Of a DNA stretch of 64,000 nucleotides, positions 38,319 through 51,461 are shown piece after piece. The stretch is from Octopus bimaculoides (Eukaryota), in NCBI RefSeq assembly GCF_001194135.2, contig NC_068990.1, positions 5,966,004 through 6,030,003 of the forward strand. The letters are read 5' to 3'. A model generated the notes under the pieces. That model was not told the DNA's origin. It searched no databases and saw nothing but the letters and a program-made list of their open reading frames with translations. The stretch's first letter is position 1. Each line of letters opens with the position of its first letter. A program made the position numbers and the translations under genes.

Positions 38319-38384
38319 AGTTGTTATATACAATTGTTATATACTCTCTCTCCGTTCTTTCTCTTCCTCTCTCTTTCTCTCTCC

Positions 38385-38417
<33 letters not shown>

Positions 38418-38944
38418 GCGCACTCTTTTCCTCTTCTGTAGCTTGTGATTTAAGGTCAAACTTTCCTCACTGCGAGCATAATCATATTTACAGAGCTTAA
38501 ATCTGTTGATTCATAAAGTACACAGCAGGATACGAAGAAAATTGCTTCAGTCTGCTCCGGCAATTAGTGAGTATAAACAATTTAAAAGGGAAATAATTAA
38601 GTTTACCATCACGAAAAATGAATGTCTTAAAGTAAACCAATTTATTCCTGTTTTGTTTTACCAATTCATAGACTGCAGATATTTATTATGTTCTTTTTAC
38701 ACGCAAACGTTAGGTCATTGACTCTATTTACACATATCTGCTTAACGTACCCAATGCTAACTTGATGAGTATATGTCTCGGCTATGATAAATTTAAATAA
38801 GGTGATTCTGACAATAACCATAGCTACGAGTTTTCTATTTATGATTATGTTCACCATGCAACTTCTCTCAAGACAGCATTCATTACCAGAGTGAGAAGAA
38901 GGGAAGACTCCCTTCGCTCATGAATTACCATGGGCTTGCACTTA

Positions 38945-39240
38945 TAAAGTTACCTTCCGAGGCACAAGTCTGGGCAAGGTTGTTTATGGAAGACCAGCAG
39001 TCGCTCATGCATACCAGCCTTCCCACTCCATGCTACCGATGTTATCCAAAGGAAAGGCAAAAGCTGATGTAGTTTAGCACCAGTGACATCGCAACTCATT
39101 TCTACAGCTGAGTGAACTGGAGCAACGTGAAATAAAGTGTCTTGCTCAAGAACAAAATGCGCAACCCAGTCCGGGAATCGAAGTTACTACCTCTTCATTG
39201 TGAGCCCGACACTCTAACCACTGAGCCACTGTGCATTACC
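38945..39240 (-). mobile_element. SINE family N (Nin/Deu-like domain)
   Basis: Minus strand TGGCTCAGTGGTTAGAGTGTCGG..TTCGATTCCCGG..TTCTTGAGCAAGACACTTTATTTCACGTTGCTCCAGTTCACTCAGCTG. Confidence 0.8.
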
Positions 39241-40139
39241 ACAGTACTTCACATTCATTTGAATCCGTCTGAAACTTACTCCTTACTTGTATTTGCCAGC
39301 CCTCGGTGGGCTATGTGATGGCTAGCCGTTTCTGATATAAGTACCAGACTAGAAATTTATGGGGAGAGGATGAGTCGATTAAATCAACCTCAGTACTTCA
39401 CTGGTTGAAAGACAGAGATGGCTTCAGTGGGCTTCAAACTTGGATTATCAGGCACTAGAACAAATACTGCATGTCATTTTTCCGGAGCTCTAAAGATTCA
39501 GCCAATTCACCGACCTTATGCAGACTCAGGAATAGCAATTTTGAGACGATAACATTTAACAGATGTCATCGACCTTGTTACTTGACTGGTACTTTATTTT
39601 ATCGACCCCGAAAGATAAAATGTAAAGTTAATCCCGTTAGTGGCATTTGAACACGAACTGTAAATAGCCGACGTCATAACGATTCTGCCTTTTCTCTGCC
39701 CTTTCATCAAATATTATAACACAGTTGCATTAACCTTATCCGACAACATTAATCTTCCAATAGGGTATGGTGTAAAATATTTCGGACATTAACCTTCCGT
39801 ATCAGACTAAATTTAAATTGCGAATTGCAAGCAATGAGAATTTAATGAGGACATCGGTATTATTCAATCTACTAAAAAGAAATAGCAATCAAATCTCTCT
39901 CAAATTCCAACTCACTGTCTTCCAAAAAGGTGATAGTATAGAGCGGGATTTTTAGTACAGAAAAAAAAAGCGACTGGCTGACCACAGCTGACCTGGAGTT
40001 AAACAATGACAACAACATATTCTGATGTTCATTCATACGTTTTGTAATAGTTTAGTCACATTTATGATGAATATTTATTGTCAATACTTAATAATTTTCA
40101 TGACATTTTTTAAAATAATTTTTTATCATTTTTGACGCT

Positions 40140-40490
40140 AAACCAGCAATCTTCAGGGGAAGGACAAGTCGATTGCATCGTCCCTAGTACTTCACTTTTA
40201 TCAGATAAAAAGGTGAAAGGCAATGTTGGCCTCGGTGGGATTTGAAATCAGAACGTAAAGAGCCGGACTACTCGTAAATGCCGCTAACCATTTTATCCGG
40301 TGCGTTAATGATATTGCCATCACACCGTCTTACATATTTTTCTGACTAACAGTTTTACATCGATCCAAGATCACAAGGATGAAAGGCAAAGTCGACTTCG
40401 GCTGAATTTGAACTCAGAACGTAAAGACGGATGAAATGTCGCTAAATATTTTGTCCGGCGTGCTCACGGTTCTGCCAACTCACCACCTTC
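40140..40490 (-). mobile_element. two family B SINEs in tandem
   Basis: Copies at about 40140-40330 and 40360-40490. Further diverged copies at about 39300-39520, 39565-39700, 42560-42700, 43375-43490, 45540-45680, 48080-48220 and 57690-57850. Confidence 0.8.
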
Positions 40491-40629
40491 CTATTTTTTA
40501 ATAATCCTTTCAACTGAAGGCATAAGACCTGAAATTTGTGGAGAGGGGTCTAGATTATATCGGCTCCAGTGCTGGTCCTTATTTTATTGAATATTAACAC
40601 TCAGCCCCTTCCACTATAACCAGCACAAG

Positions 40630-40985
40630 ATCCAATCCCTGCTGCGATGTGGTAGTGACTTGCGTGCTTCAATGACCCTAGGAGCTATGCTGGGAAGATC
40701 AAAGGTTCGGAGCCAGACTAACATGAGTCACATCTAGCGAGAGATAAAATTGTTTTGCGTGAGACAAGCACTGCTTTTTAGAATAAAAGCAAAGCCACCG
40801 AAGCTTTGACAACAATACAAACACCAACAAGATGTGGGAAAGAAAAGCCTTCCATCAGAGAAGGCGGGATACCAAAAAAGCAGGGATCCCAATGGAAAGA
40901 AGCAGAAACTAGAACCCAGAATCGAGAAAAGCGGAGAAAAGTTGCCAATGGCCTATATTCCATAGGGAGCAAAGGATTGAAGAAG
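40630..40985 (+). mobile_element. RTE-type LINE remnant: 5'-UTR-like segment joined to the ORF 3' end
   Basis: DTKKAGI/SQWKEAETRTQNREKRRKVANGLYSIGSKGLKK resembles RTE C-termini (W.E.E..AQ.R..WR..V.GL.S). Upstream GACTTGCGTGCTTCAATGACCCTAGGAGCTATGCTGG..GGAGCCAGACTAA resembles RTE/RTE-X 5' UTRs (recalled, not aligned). Confidence 0.55.
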
Positions 40986-41813
40986 GAGACTTACACTATA
41001 ATTGAATGAGTAGGTAGCTCACTTATTCGACCAACTACAAAACTCCTCTTCGAAACCGGCGCAGATCCATATATTTTTTGCTTTACCAAACTTATAAGTC
41101 GAAACTCTTTTCGGTGTTGAAACGTTATGATTAAACTTTACGGGTATTTAAAATTGCTCTGATGTGAACAACTGCATAACTATGTCTTCGTTCTTCCATC
41201 TACACTTTAGATTTAGTAGGCAATGAATTCAGACGATGTCTTGGAATTACTGTGTCTAAAACAGCATTCGGTTTGATAAACGGAAAATAAATTTGCCGCG
41301 AATATTGGATTGCTCAGTAAGAAACTAGATAAATTGACAAATAGACAAGCTGTAACCAGTTAATGGGAGCTTTTTTTATGGTGAATTCGCTCTTACACAA
41401 AGACAAAGAGTATTCAATAATCTTAGTGCAATAATTTCAGATGCTAGTGAATGAAGGAGGCCATGAGATAAACTATTAAAACAGCTTAACAGAAGTCCAC
41501 GATTATTTTCCCTATAAACTATGCTTTAATGGTTGGAAATGTTAAAATCGTGTATTAGAAATAAATATGCTGAGTTCAATCCCAGACTAGGGCTGTGTGT
41601 ACAGAATGTTGGGGCTAAATTTGACAGTTAGCTTAAAAGGAAAAGAAACCATAATATTCCATTCAAAAATAAAAGTATTTTACAAAATCAAAAATATCAA
41701 CTAGATTATGGCTTGAATTTAACAGAAAATATGAAAAACCTCTAATAAAAAAAGTAAAACACGAACATAGTCGTGTTTTTAATGAAACGTGTATAAAGGA
41801 AAAGCTGACCCTC

Positions 41814-41927
<114 letters not shown>

Positions 41928-41944
41928 TGAATTTAACAGTTTAT

Positions 41945-42110
41945 AGCTCTCAGTTTATATCACACCCTCGAGACAGCTCTCAAACCTGGCGCATGCTTCT
42001 TCATTGTGTCTGTGGGAAGAACTTCCAACACCTCCAATTTTGGTCACCAGTTCGGCCTTGCTGTTAGAAGTAGAGCGGTTGGTGTCTTTTTCAACCACAC
42101 CTCACACATT
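41945..42110 (-). mobile_element. Tc1/mariner transposase C-terminal fragment
   Basis: V*GVVEKDTNRSTSNSKAELVTKI..(frameshift)..TMKKA/CARFESCLEGVI matches the WG.VE..TN...N.K.EL..I...ACARF..RLE.V terminus of mariner-like transposases. Confidence 0.7.
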
Positions 42111-44857
42111 AAATTATATCCATATATTACATATATTTCTTGGCATTGAAAATAGATCTCAGGGTTAAAGGGAAATCTCTATGAATCGTATCTTCTTATC
42201 TTAAAGAACACACAGGGATTCGGAGCCCCTTAAAAACTAGTTTTAATGAAAAACTGGATGGTTTAGCCTCCAATATCACCGTTGTTCTGAAGCTAAGCAA
42301 TAACAAACACGTATTTGACTGGTCTCGAGTTCTCTATCTCATCTTATCAGTTGTAGCACTCTGCTATTGCTATCATAGAGACATTCATACTTTAATCGTT
42401 CCAAGAATTTCATACAACAGTGGTGGTGGCAATCGATCGAGAAAACGTTTTCGTTTTTATTTTTTTTCTTCCTTTAGTTACGGGGCAGGATTTGAGCGTA
42501 CAATGCACGGAACTGTAACAGATACCGCATAACATCCCATCCGATCCCTTAATAACTCTACCAGTTCAACGCTCTGGGGGTGGTATTTCTTAATCGACCC
42601 TTAAATGATAAAAAGCAAAGTTGACTTCAGTGTAAGTTGAACTCGGGGTGCATGGAGTCAAAAAAATACTATGCCATATTCTATCCAATATTCTAAGTTC
42701 TCTACTGCTACTTCTCTGCTTATAACAATAGTATGTCCAAATATATGACCGGAGAACCGCTATATTTTGCTATGCAGTTTACGATTCAAACATGCTGGGC
42801 TATCATGATAAATGATATGATAATAATCATGTTCCAATGCAAATTTGGACAGATTGTTTTAAACTAAGAACTTCCGGATTCAAAACGCTATAATATCATA
42901 ATTATTAATCTATTCTTTACGCGTGGTTTTATTTTCCTAACAATAAAAACAAAGAGCGTGTTTTCTTTTCCATTTACATCCATTATTCATCATGCTGAAA
43001 TAATTATTTTTACAACCAGATTCTCTGTCTATCGCTAACCACTCATACTTTGAACTAAAAATGGAACAGGTTTTTGTCAGGTCAGACAAACTGAAATAAA
43101 AAGAATTATGATTAAATGATGGTCCTGTTTTTTTTGTTTTTTTTTTGTTTCTTTCCAGTATTTGACCATAATTTTGTTTATCTTTGTTTTTCCCAACCTG
43201 TCAAAATCCAGTTCTTTTGTTCTTTCATTTGAATGTTGTGATAAACAGGATATCTGAATGTAGAATAAAACAAAAAAATACTTGGTTACATTAATATATA
43301 AAAGAAAATAAAAAATATAAGTTCAATAGTTCAAATATCGAGGAATGAAACAGTCGGTCACACCAACCACACAAAAAAGGATGAAAAGCAAAACTGACCT
43401 CGTTGGAATTCGAACTCAAAATATATAGGGCCTCAAGTAAATACTACAGAGAGTTTTATGTGTTGCTCTATCCATTCTGTCAATGGTTACTGTTTGACAT
43501 AAACATAATTATTCCTTCTCTTACCCGGAGGTACATTACACAGAATCTTAGACAAGGTGTGAATTGAAAGTACAGAGCGAAAACTGCAGCACCACAAATC
43601 CATAGTCACTATACTATAAATAAGCTGAATTACTGTTAGTCAACTACTTTTTAGACGACAATGCTATAAAGTCTTTCTCTCCAACAAATATAAGTATTTA
43701 GTTAATTAGATAAACTTATAAGTATAATCAGTTATAAGTTGAAAACTCTAAGACACGTTGATTGCTTTCACCAAAGATTCTACTAATTAAATATAAATAT
43801 TATCTAAAAATGTTGTTCATGACTGTAAAGTTTACTTGTGAGACATCATTTTACCCGAATGACCATGGTTACTCATATATGAATTCTTATATTAACTGAG
43901 ACTGTAATATAAATGGATTTCAACAACGTTATTAAATCAAGTATGAACATTTTGCAAATTACCTTCAATATAAATATTTCTATGAATACATCAAGATGGT
44001 GTTTTGTCGTATAAAGTATTTGAGATGCTAGAAACAAGGAAACAGTTTCAGTTGAGTGACCAAAACCGTGTTGATTTTGTTGGGTGCCCTTCGTTACTGA
44101 TACAAATGCTGATGCTGATGTTCCTTCTCAGTTTCGACATATTCTTCAAACACTCTCTGTTGCCACCTTAATATGAGAGTCATGATGAATAGAAAGCAAA
44201 CTAAATGGAAGGGGTATGAGAAATTGCAGATACCGTACATCGACTTTAGCTTTGGGGAACTGGAAGAGTTTTAGTCCTATCATTTTTAGTTTCTATTGAA
44301 ATAACTGGTTTACTGCAAGGATTTGTCTGCTGAAGGTTTTGAATTTGAGAATCGCATACTTGTTAAACATGCATGAACAATAATGTCCCTACCGTCGCCA
44401 CAATCTATATCGAAATGCTGTTACCTACCTACCTAGTTACCATGAATTGTTGATGTTACTAAAACTACTTTTTCTCTTTCGTTGCTCTTGCTGCTACAAC
44501 TGATGAGGAGGAGGAGGAGGAGGAGGAGGAGAAGTTGGAGGAGGTGGAGGAGGCTGTTTAATAGCGTAACTGTTGTCGAGTTACTACAACCTTTTCATAA
44601 TACGGAGGAGGATGTTAAATCTCTTGGAAGTAATCGCGTATCTTTACTTACAGATATTTTCTCCGAGCGGAAAACCACAGATGGTTGAGTAAACATTATC
44701 TATCTTTCTTGATTATGTTTCAGCTTAACTGAAATTAGCCTATCCTTTGTTAACCCTCAGCTATGATGATGATCTTTAGCTACAATACTGTCAAATTAAA
44801 TGTATACATGTAAACATCTAACCTTCATTAGAGGAAAAGAAATGTTAAAAGTTTCAC

Positions 44858-45089
44858 TAGTGATTCCCAAATGTTTCCGGCTGCTGTCCTTTGGCTCAAA
44901 ATTGTATTTCCAGAGTTCTCACTGGGGTGGGTATGTTACATAATGTTATGGAATATAACACCAGGTATCGCTCAGGGGCACTATAAATCAAATTATTAGA
45001 AAGGTATTGGGATTGTGTTAACTTAACGGAATGCTTGTCGTCTTATGCAACCCCAATACCCTCTCAAAGCAAATATTTGAGAACCACTA
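44858..45089. mobile_element. hAT (Charlie-like) MITE
   Basis: Imperfect TIRs TAGTGATTCCCAAAT / ATTTGAGAACCACTA (consensus CAGTGGTTCCCAAA); right flank GTTTAGAC. Confidence 0.7.
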
Positions 45090-46279
45090 GTTTAGACATA
45101 AACATTAAATCTGGGGATAATTCTACTAATCTAAAGACAATCTGTATTATTTACGATCAGGTAACTTATACAGCGGCCTAGCTGATCAAGAAGCTAAAAC
45201 TACCGTGAAAACCAGTGTATAAACATATGACCTTCGCACTCTTTAAGGAACGACGGTCAACGTTCGAGTATGTTGGCTTGGGCACAAAAACACCATCGTG
45301 AAAAATAATATCTTAAAATTAAATTAAAAATTTTTTAATGGTACAACAATCAGCATCGCAAACAGATAGGACGACAAACTGTAACGAGTTCCTCTGCCTC
45401 ACTTTAAGTTCTAAAATGCTAAAGATTGATTTATTAGCTTGTTGGATTACAGTTTTCACTCTCCATATGTGAGGAGGTATACAGCAGACCTACGTAGTTC
45501 AACACTAAGAGAAATAATTTCTGTCTTCATCGCTGAATCGTTACAGAGTAGGATAAAATGTTTGCTGTGTTTATGTTTAATTACAGACATTTACATTTTA
45601 AGTTCAAATACTGCCGAACATTACTTGACCTTTCACTATTCCAGGATCGATAACGTATGATAGCACGAGAACGATTCAAAATTCCTATAAGCATCTTAAG
45701 TGTATATGAAATTATAATAGAATAAGGATATTTCCTTTGATAGCTTGACTGAACAAGTCTATCAAATTCTTTTATCATTAAAGGTAATTTACTAAAACAA
45801 AATGTTAAATTTATATTGTTTATACATTATATCATATTGTTTACGCAGATCTTGTTTATGCGCTCTTCGGATCAGTTTTTTTTATGGACGAATGTTAAAA
45901 CGTCTAAATGTGAAGACTACAGAATTCCAGAATTCTATTATTTTCTTGATCAAAATTTAATCAGTTTTTTCTTTTTTGTTTCGAGTTATTTCGTTATGTC
46001 AATTTTGATAATATAAGTAACCAGCGAAGGAGTATTTAATCAGAATAACTATAGATCTTTCAAAATTGCCAAGTTTCACTATCACAGAGAAATTAAATAA
46101 AAATCTGGACTATTATATGTAAATTCCCGGCCATGATTTACATTGTAATTGAGCTATTAAGATTCATACAATTTTTAACGATTATATATTTAAGAATCTA
46201 TTGTTTTGATTAGTGTTGGTCCGTCAAAATTGATAACTTTTTCTTCAACATCGCAGTTATATTAGAATGATCTACTTTT

Positions 46280-46945
46280 ATAAAGTGATATCTGTCAGAA
46301 ATGATTATTTAGATATCTGTAGACCTTTCATATTTCATCATTTATAATTTTCTTGACTGAGATATGTCAAGAGCTTTTATTTTTGATAACCATTAACGTG
46401 TTAGGAATTGCTGATTTATCATGATCGCATTTGTATGCAGGATTTTGGAGCATCAGAAGTCCAGTCAGAATTGTTAATCAATATAACATGAAGCTGCCAG
46501 ACTTTGCAAATTTTCTCATTGCGGATATGTCAAAATGTTCGGCTTCAAAGACCACGTATTCATCTTAGCTTCACAATTTTCATGATCACTGATATTTCAG
46601 AAATTTAAAACTTACAGACAATCAGACATGCCAGAGTTGATCATTTAGATGACCTCATGTGTATTAGAATATATAATTTTCATGATTGCCAATATGTCAC
46701 CATTTTCAATGCTGATAACTGATGATATTTTAGGCATGAATTCGTTTTTGTATGAGATCGTTGGATGTGTCAGAATGTTTTATAGTCAAACAGACAGAAT
46801 AGACATGATTGATGGTTCAGATAACTCTGAACTTGTGAGAATTCTTTTAGCGATTAAAAATATGTCAGAATTTTGAATTCTATTCACCGCTGATCAATCA
46901 GAAATGATAATTTTCATGATTAACAATCTGTGTAAATGTTCTCAG
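46280..46945. repeat. highly degenerate minisatellite, about 33-bp unit
   Basis: AATTTTCATGAT...RATATGTCA-like motifs at 46361, 46524, 46591, 46625, 46691, 46764, 46859 and 46925; most spacings are near multiples of 33. Confidence 0.6.
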
Positions 46946-47519
46946 GGTGAGTACCAGTATTCATAAAGTACCTGTAAAAATGTCCACTGTTATGATTGCA
47001 TTGATGGATGAATCAGATAGCGAAGTAATGTTGTTAATCGTTTAACATTCATCTCTGTCCATAGCTAACGTGGTGGTAGTTATTTAGATACAGATATTTC
47101 AACGATTTAATGTGTGCATTTAGAAATTGGAGGATGTTTCATAATCATAATGCACTTAACTGAAATCAGTCAAACTTGTACACTATCGAGAGAAAGAAGT
47201 GTTTCTCTCTACAATTAACCATCTTGATGATAGAGTTTAACTAAGATTTCCTGTCACAATTTATGATATCAAGGATATCCAGGCGTTATAGTTGTCTCGC
47301 ATTCTTTAAGTGTGGTTCTATCTCAAAGCGATAGCAGGTAAAACGGAACAATCGCAGGAAGGTAGTGATGGTGTTCGTAATCAAAGTTAGAAATTTGCTT
47401 AGTGAAAATATTTATCTTCGAGAAGCGTTTGTATATATTTACTATGCTTTTGTAACATCAATATTTACATTTTCGATCAACGCTTAACCGATTCTCCTCG
47501 CATATACACGTAAGAAGGG

Positions 47520-47935
47520 TGATGATAGCCATAATGATGACGACAACAACACTGATGACGAAAACGACGTTCACGATGACATTGATGATGGTGACAACTA
47601 TGATGACAACGTCGACATGACTGTTGCTGATGATGAGGAGGAAGAAGGGGGGAAAGAAGGGGAATGAAGGGGAGGGAAAGAGGAGGAAGAGCTGGTAGAG
47701 GAGGAGGTGGAGTAAGAAGCGGAGAAAGAGGGGAGGGGACGAGGAGGCGAAGGAGGAGGAAGAGGAGGAGGAAGGAGTAGGGAGGAGGAAGGAGATGGGG
47801 AGGGGAAAGAGGAAGGAGATAGGGAAGGGGAGGAAGAGGAGGAGGAGGAGTAAGATGAGGAGGAGGAGTAAGATGAGGAGGAGGGAGGGGAAGAGGAGTG
47901 ATGATGATGATGATGAAGAGGAGGAGGAGGAGGGG
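47520..47935. repeat. (GAT)/(GAG) low-complexity purine-rich tract
   Basis: Direct reading. Confidence 0.9.
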
Positions 47936-48260
47936 ATACGGAGAGGGGGATTTATAACGTTAGCAGATTTTCAATGAGATCCTGTAATTGATTTAATCAA
48001 TACCAATACTCAGCATTTACCTTGTTGACTTCGTTACAGAATCAGTGAAAAATAAAAATAATAAATAATTGCCCTGCCTTGTTCAGTTTCGCTCGTTTTA
48101 CGTCCTGCGTTCAAAGCTCATCAGATTCAACATTTCCTTCCATCCTTCAAGAATCGATAAAAAAATAAAACATACAATTGATAGCAGTATCTCCCCGGAG
48201 TTTCCTAACAAGAAACCTAAACTAAGAATTCTGAGACACCTTGATGGAACGATGTCAGAC

Positions 48261-48399
48261 AGGCACAGCTGTGTAGTTAAAATGCTCACTTTGCAACCAC
48301 ATGGATTCGGGTTCAGTCCTGCTGCGCGGCACCTAGGGCAAACGTCTTCTACTATAGCTCCGAGCTAACCAATGCTTTTGGTTGATGGAAACTGTGTAG

Positions 48400-48450
<51 letters not shown>

Positions 48451-48648
48451 CGTGCGTGTGTGTGCGTGTTTGTGCGTGTTTGTGTGAAGCTCGCTGCTTG
48501 ACAACCGGCTTTGGTTTATTTACGTCTTTGTAAAGTAGCGTTTCGGCATAAGAATAAGTGTGTAAGTACTGGAGTCGATTTGTTTGACTACCGTTTTCAA
48601 TGCGGTGCCCCAGGATGGCTGCGGTTCAATGACTGAAACAAGTAAAAG
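48261..48648 (+). mobile_element. SINE family C, diverged, with internal (GT)n
   Basis: Head GGCACAGCTGTGTAGTTAA..GGTTCAGTCC..CACCTAGGGCAA; tail GACTGAAACAAGTAAAAG. Confidence 0.8.
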
Positions 48649-49486
48649 TTAAAAAGATAAAATATAAGAATCTTATCATTAAAAGTATAATTGATGCGTT
48701 CAACAGTGCGTTTGGCCACATGTTGACACTAGATCAGTTTCGAAGTTAGAAAGCAAAGCGATGCAACAAAATACCATATAGCAATGAGTTCATCTATCTT
48801 TCGTTTCTAATACACAACCGTCCAAATGAAAAATATTTTGGTTTTTAGCTGTATATTATTTTTCATTTTCTTCTTTTTCGTTTTTCGTTTTTCGTTTTTC
48901 TCTTCCAAATTCGTGTCTGTTGTGCCTGAAAATAGTAAATTTTAATTAAAGTCTACAGAATTGGGTCATTAGATATTCTGATTGTTGTTAATTAGTTGCT
49001 GTAGTTTTCAATCTTATGATAATTAAATAATGTTGTTTATTGTGATTAGATGTTTATAGTTGTTTGTTAATCAATGATATGCTTTAATGGTTGTAAAATT
49101 ATCTGGTGGTTATTTCGAGTGGTTGGGTAATTTGTACTATAGTGACTACGCTAGTATTAAAATGTATATTTACGCTTGCGTATGTGAGAAAATGTTTGTG
49201 CGTGTGAGAGAACGAGCGTTTCAGTGTAGGCACAAAAGCACTAAGGTGGTTTATCATCGCACCAGGTTTGCAGTGTCGGTTCGAATTTCCGGTTGTCATT
49301 TATTTTAGTATTTCCCCAACCTAAACTTTTCTGGAGCAGGAAGATCAATATCAAGATGGCGTACAAGTATAAGTTGAATTTGAAAGATAATATTGGAATA
49401 TATGGAGTATAATAATTAATAGTGGAGTAAATGTACAAATACATATAGCGTATTAAATATATTTATAATGATGACACCTAGCGTTT

Positions 49487-49531
<45 letters not shown>

Positions 49532-50504
49532 ATATTGATTAGATTTACCGATGAGAAAAAGGAGTTCTAGTAAGACGAAAATATAGGAAAAGTCGAGGAA
49601 GTTTATTAGTGCATCAAATTATAAATTATCTACATTGAAACTTTGAGTCTGAAGAAATCAGTTTTAACTTTAGATTCACATTTCTTTAACACATTCATTG
49701 ATGGAATCTCTTACTTAGATATTCCAGGTCTGTCTTCGACACAGGAGTATTCGGAAAACTAGTGTAAGTCATGACAGAACAAAAGAAGTTGATCTCACTA
49801 ATTATCTCTAATATTTTAAAATCGTTTAACAAGTAAAAATGAACTCCTGCAAGCCTAATCGGGATGATAGCAGCATCGTAGTAGTTTTGGCTGCCAAGAA
49901 TAACGGCTACTGTATTTATGAAAGAGAACAAATATGCTGCTAAACTAAATTAACACGATAATAGAGGATGACAATGGAATGGTTAACGAAATTCCTTATC
50001 TTAACACAGCACATGTGATCACGTCAACTAAAAAATAAGAATATGAATCAACTTATCATATTAGTATCGCTTCTATCGCTTCTTTCAGTGACAGTTTCAA
50101 AGAGTATCGTAAGAGTATTATCATTCATACTGTTGATCTGAAATTATCAGATTGTCCGCAACGCTTTTCAACCGAATTTGATAGAGAGGGAGAGAATACG
50201 GTTAAAGCTATTCTACTATAACTTGTTACAACAGAGATCTTTTCCTCTTCTTCTTTTCTTTTTCAGCTATGACCAAAGGAAAAATATTATCTTGACCAGT
50301 GATTCTCATTTTTTTCTTTTTTGTTCGTGACAAGGTGGTGATCGGAAAAAATATTCATGGTGCACTTCTCATGGAAAGTTAAAAATTGGCGCACTTTGAT
50401 TAGAAAGTTTTCACAGTACAATAAAAACTGTTTTAAAAATCATCTTTTAAAAAATAAAATAGAAATCAACTGCTTACCATGTATTAATTGTACATAATTC
50501 TTTC

Positions 50505-50705
50505 CACTATAGGTACAGGACCTGAAATTTTAAGGGATGGGTATAGTCGACCCAGAGGTTCACTGGTACTTATCTTATCGACCACGGAAGGTTGAAAAGC
50601 AAAGTTGACGTTCGGCGGAATTTCAACTCAAAACGTAAAATCGGAATAAATACAGCGAAGTATTTTGTCCGGCGTGCCAAAGATTCTACCAGCTCCCTGT
50701 CTTAA
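50505..50705 (-). mobile_element. SINE family B
   Basis: Reverse-complement match from TCCACTATAGGTACAGG to CCAGCTCCCTGTCTT. Confidence 0.8.
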
Positions 50706-50707
50706 AA

Positions 50708-50925
50708 GTGTCCCGTGATCACATGACTGACCAGACTATCAAATGTTGTTACACATCGCTGGTCACAATGCATTATGCATTGTTTCAGTCTTCAAATGAC
50801 ACCAACCCGCTGGCTAGGATGGCAGGCCAACATTCCCCACCGAAAGGGGGACTGGAGCAACATGAAATAACCCATGTCCTAGCGATCGTGAGCGCAACAG
50901 CCTAACCACTAGGTCACGCGCCTTC
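50708..50925 (-). mobile_element. tRNA-derived SINE, further family (internally deleted)
   Basis: Minus head GAAGGCGCGTGACCTAGTGGTTAGG, then TTATTTCATGTTGCTCCAGTCC (Nin/Deu-like) and a distinct tail. Confidence 0.65.
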
Positions 50926-51297
50926 AGGTCTTATACATGTACATAATAAAATTATGAATAACAACGTTTATCAAGACTTTCAAGCGTTAGCATAAATTTT
51001 ATAGCGCCTTAAATTTTATTATTTTATAAATCCACACACTCCTAGATACCACTTCTAGATACCACTTCATCTCTTTGTGTTGAAGATCTAACTTTGAGAT
51101 TCGATTAATAATGATTGATAAAATAACCAGGTTGAAAAAAGTGCTGAAAATTATTTGATAGGCTAATAAAATTTTCAGAATTTGGTATCCACCATAAAAT
51201 AAACGAATGTGTTTTAGGCTGGCTCGGTTATATGATAATCTGAGTCTAATACAGGATTTCACCTCTTTTAATCACTTATGGATTCGTGTGTTTAGAG

Positions 51298-51461
51298 CAA
51301 TGTTTCCTAACCTGGGGTGTAAAAATTTGTTTCAGGGGTGGAAATTTAAATTAAACATCGTTTGTATTTGAATACTACTTGAGAAGAGTTAAAGAGGAGT
51401 GTCAGCCGATGCGATTTGACATCAATGGAGTGTTAGTGTAACGAAACTTTGGTAAACACCG
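51298..51461. mobile_element. hAT (Charlie-like) MITE
   Basis: TIRs CAATGTTTCCTAA / TTGGTAAACACCG; 8-bp flanks GTTTAGAG and GTGTAGAA (6/8 identical). Confidence 0.7.

Noticed and set aside
41941-42140. Plus-strand frame with ALKPGACFF (methyltransferase-like)
   Set aside because: It is the antisense of a mariner transposase C-terminus.
46280-46945. CRISPR-like array or C2H2 zinc-finger cluster
   Set aside because: Repeats are highly degenerate with about 33-bp rather than fixed repeat-spacer or 84-bp periodicity; eukaryotic context, no cas genes, and no conserved Cys/His spacing.
48080-48125. Minus-strand CUGAUGA-GCU..AGC-GAAAC hammerhead-like match
   Set aside because: No NUH triplet or helix III and no helix I; it lies within a diverged family B SINE, so a chance match.
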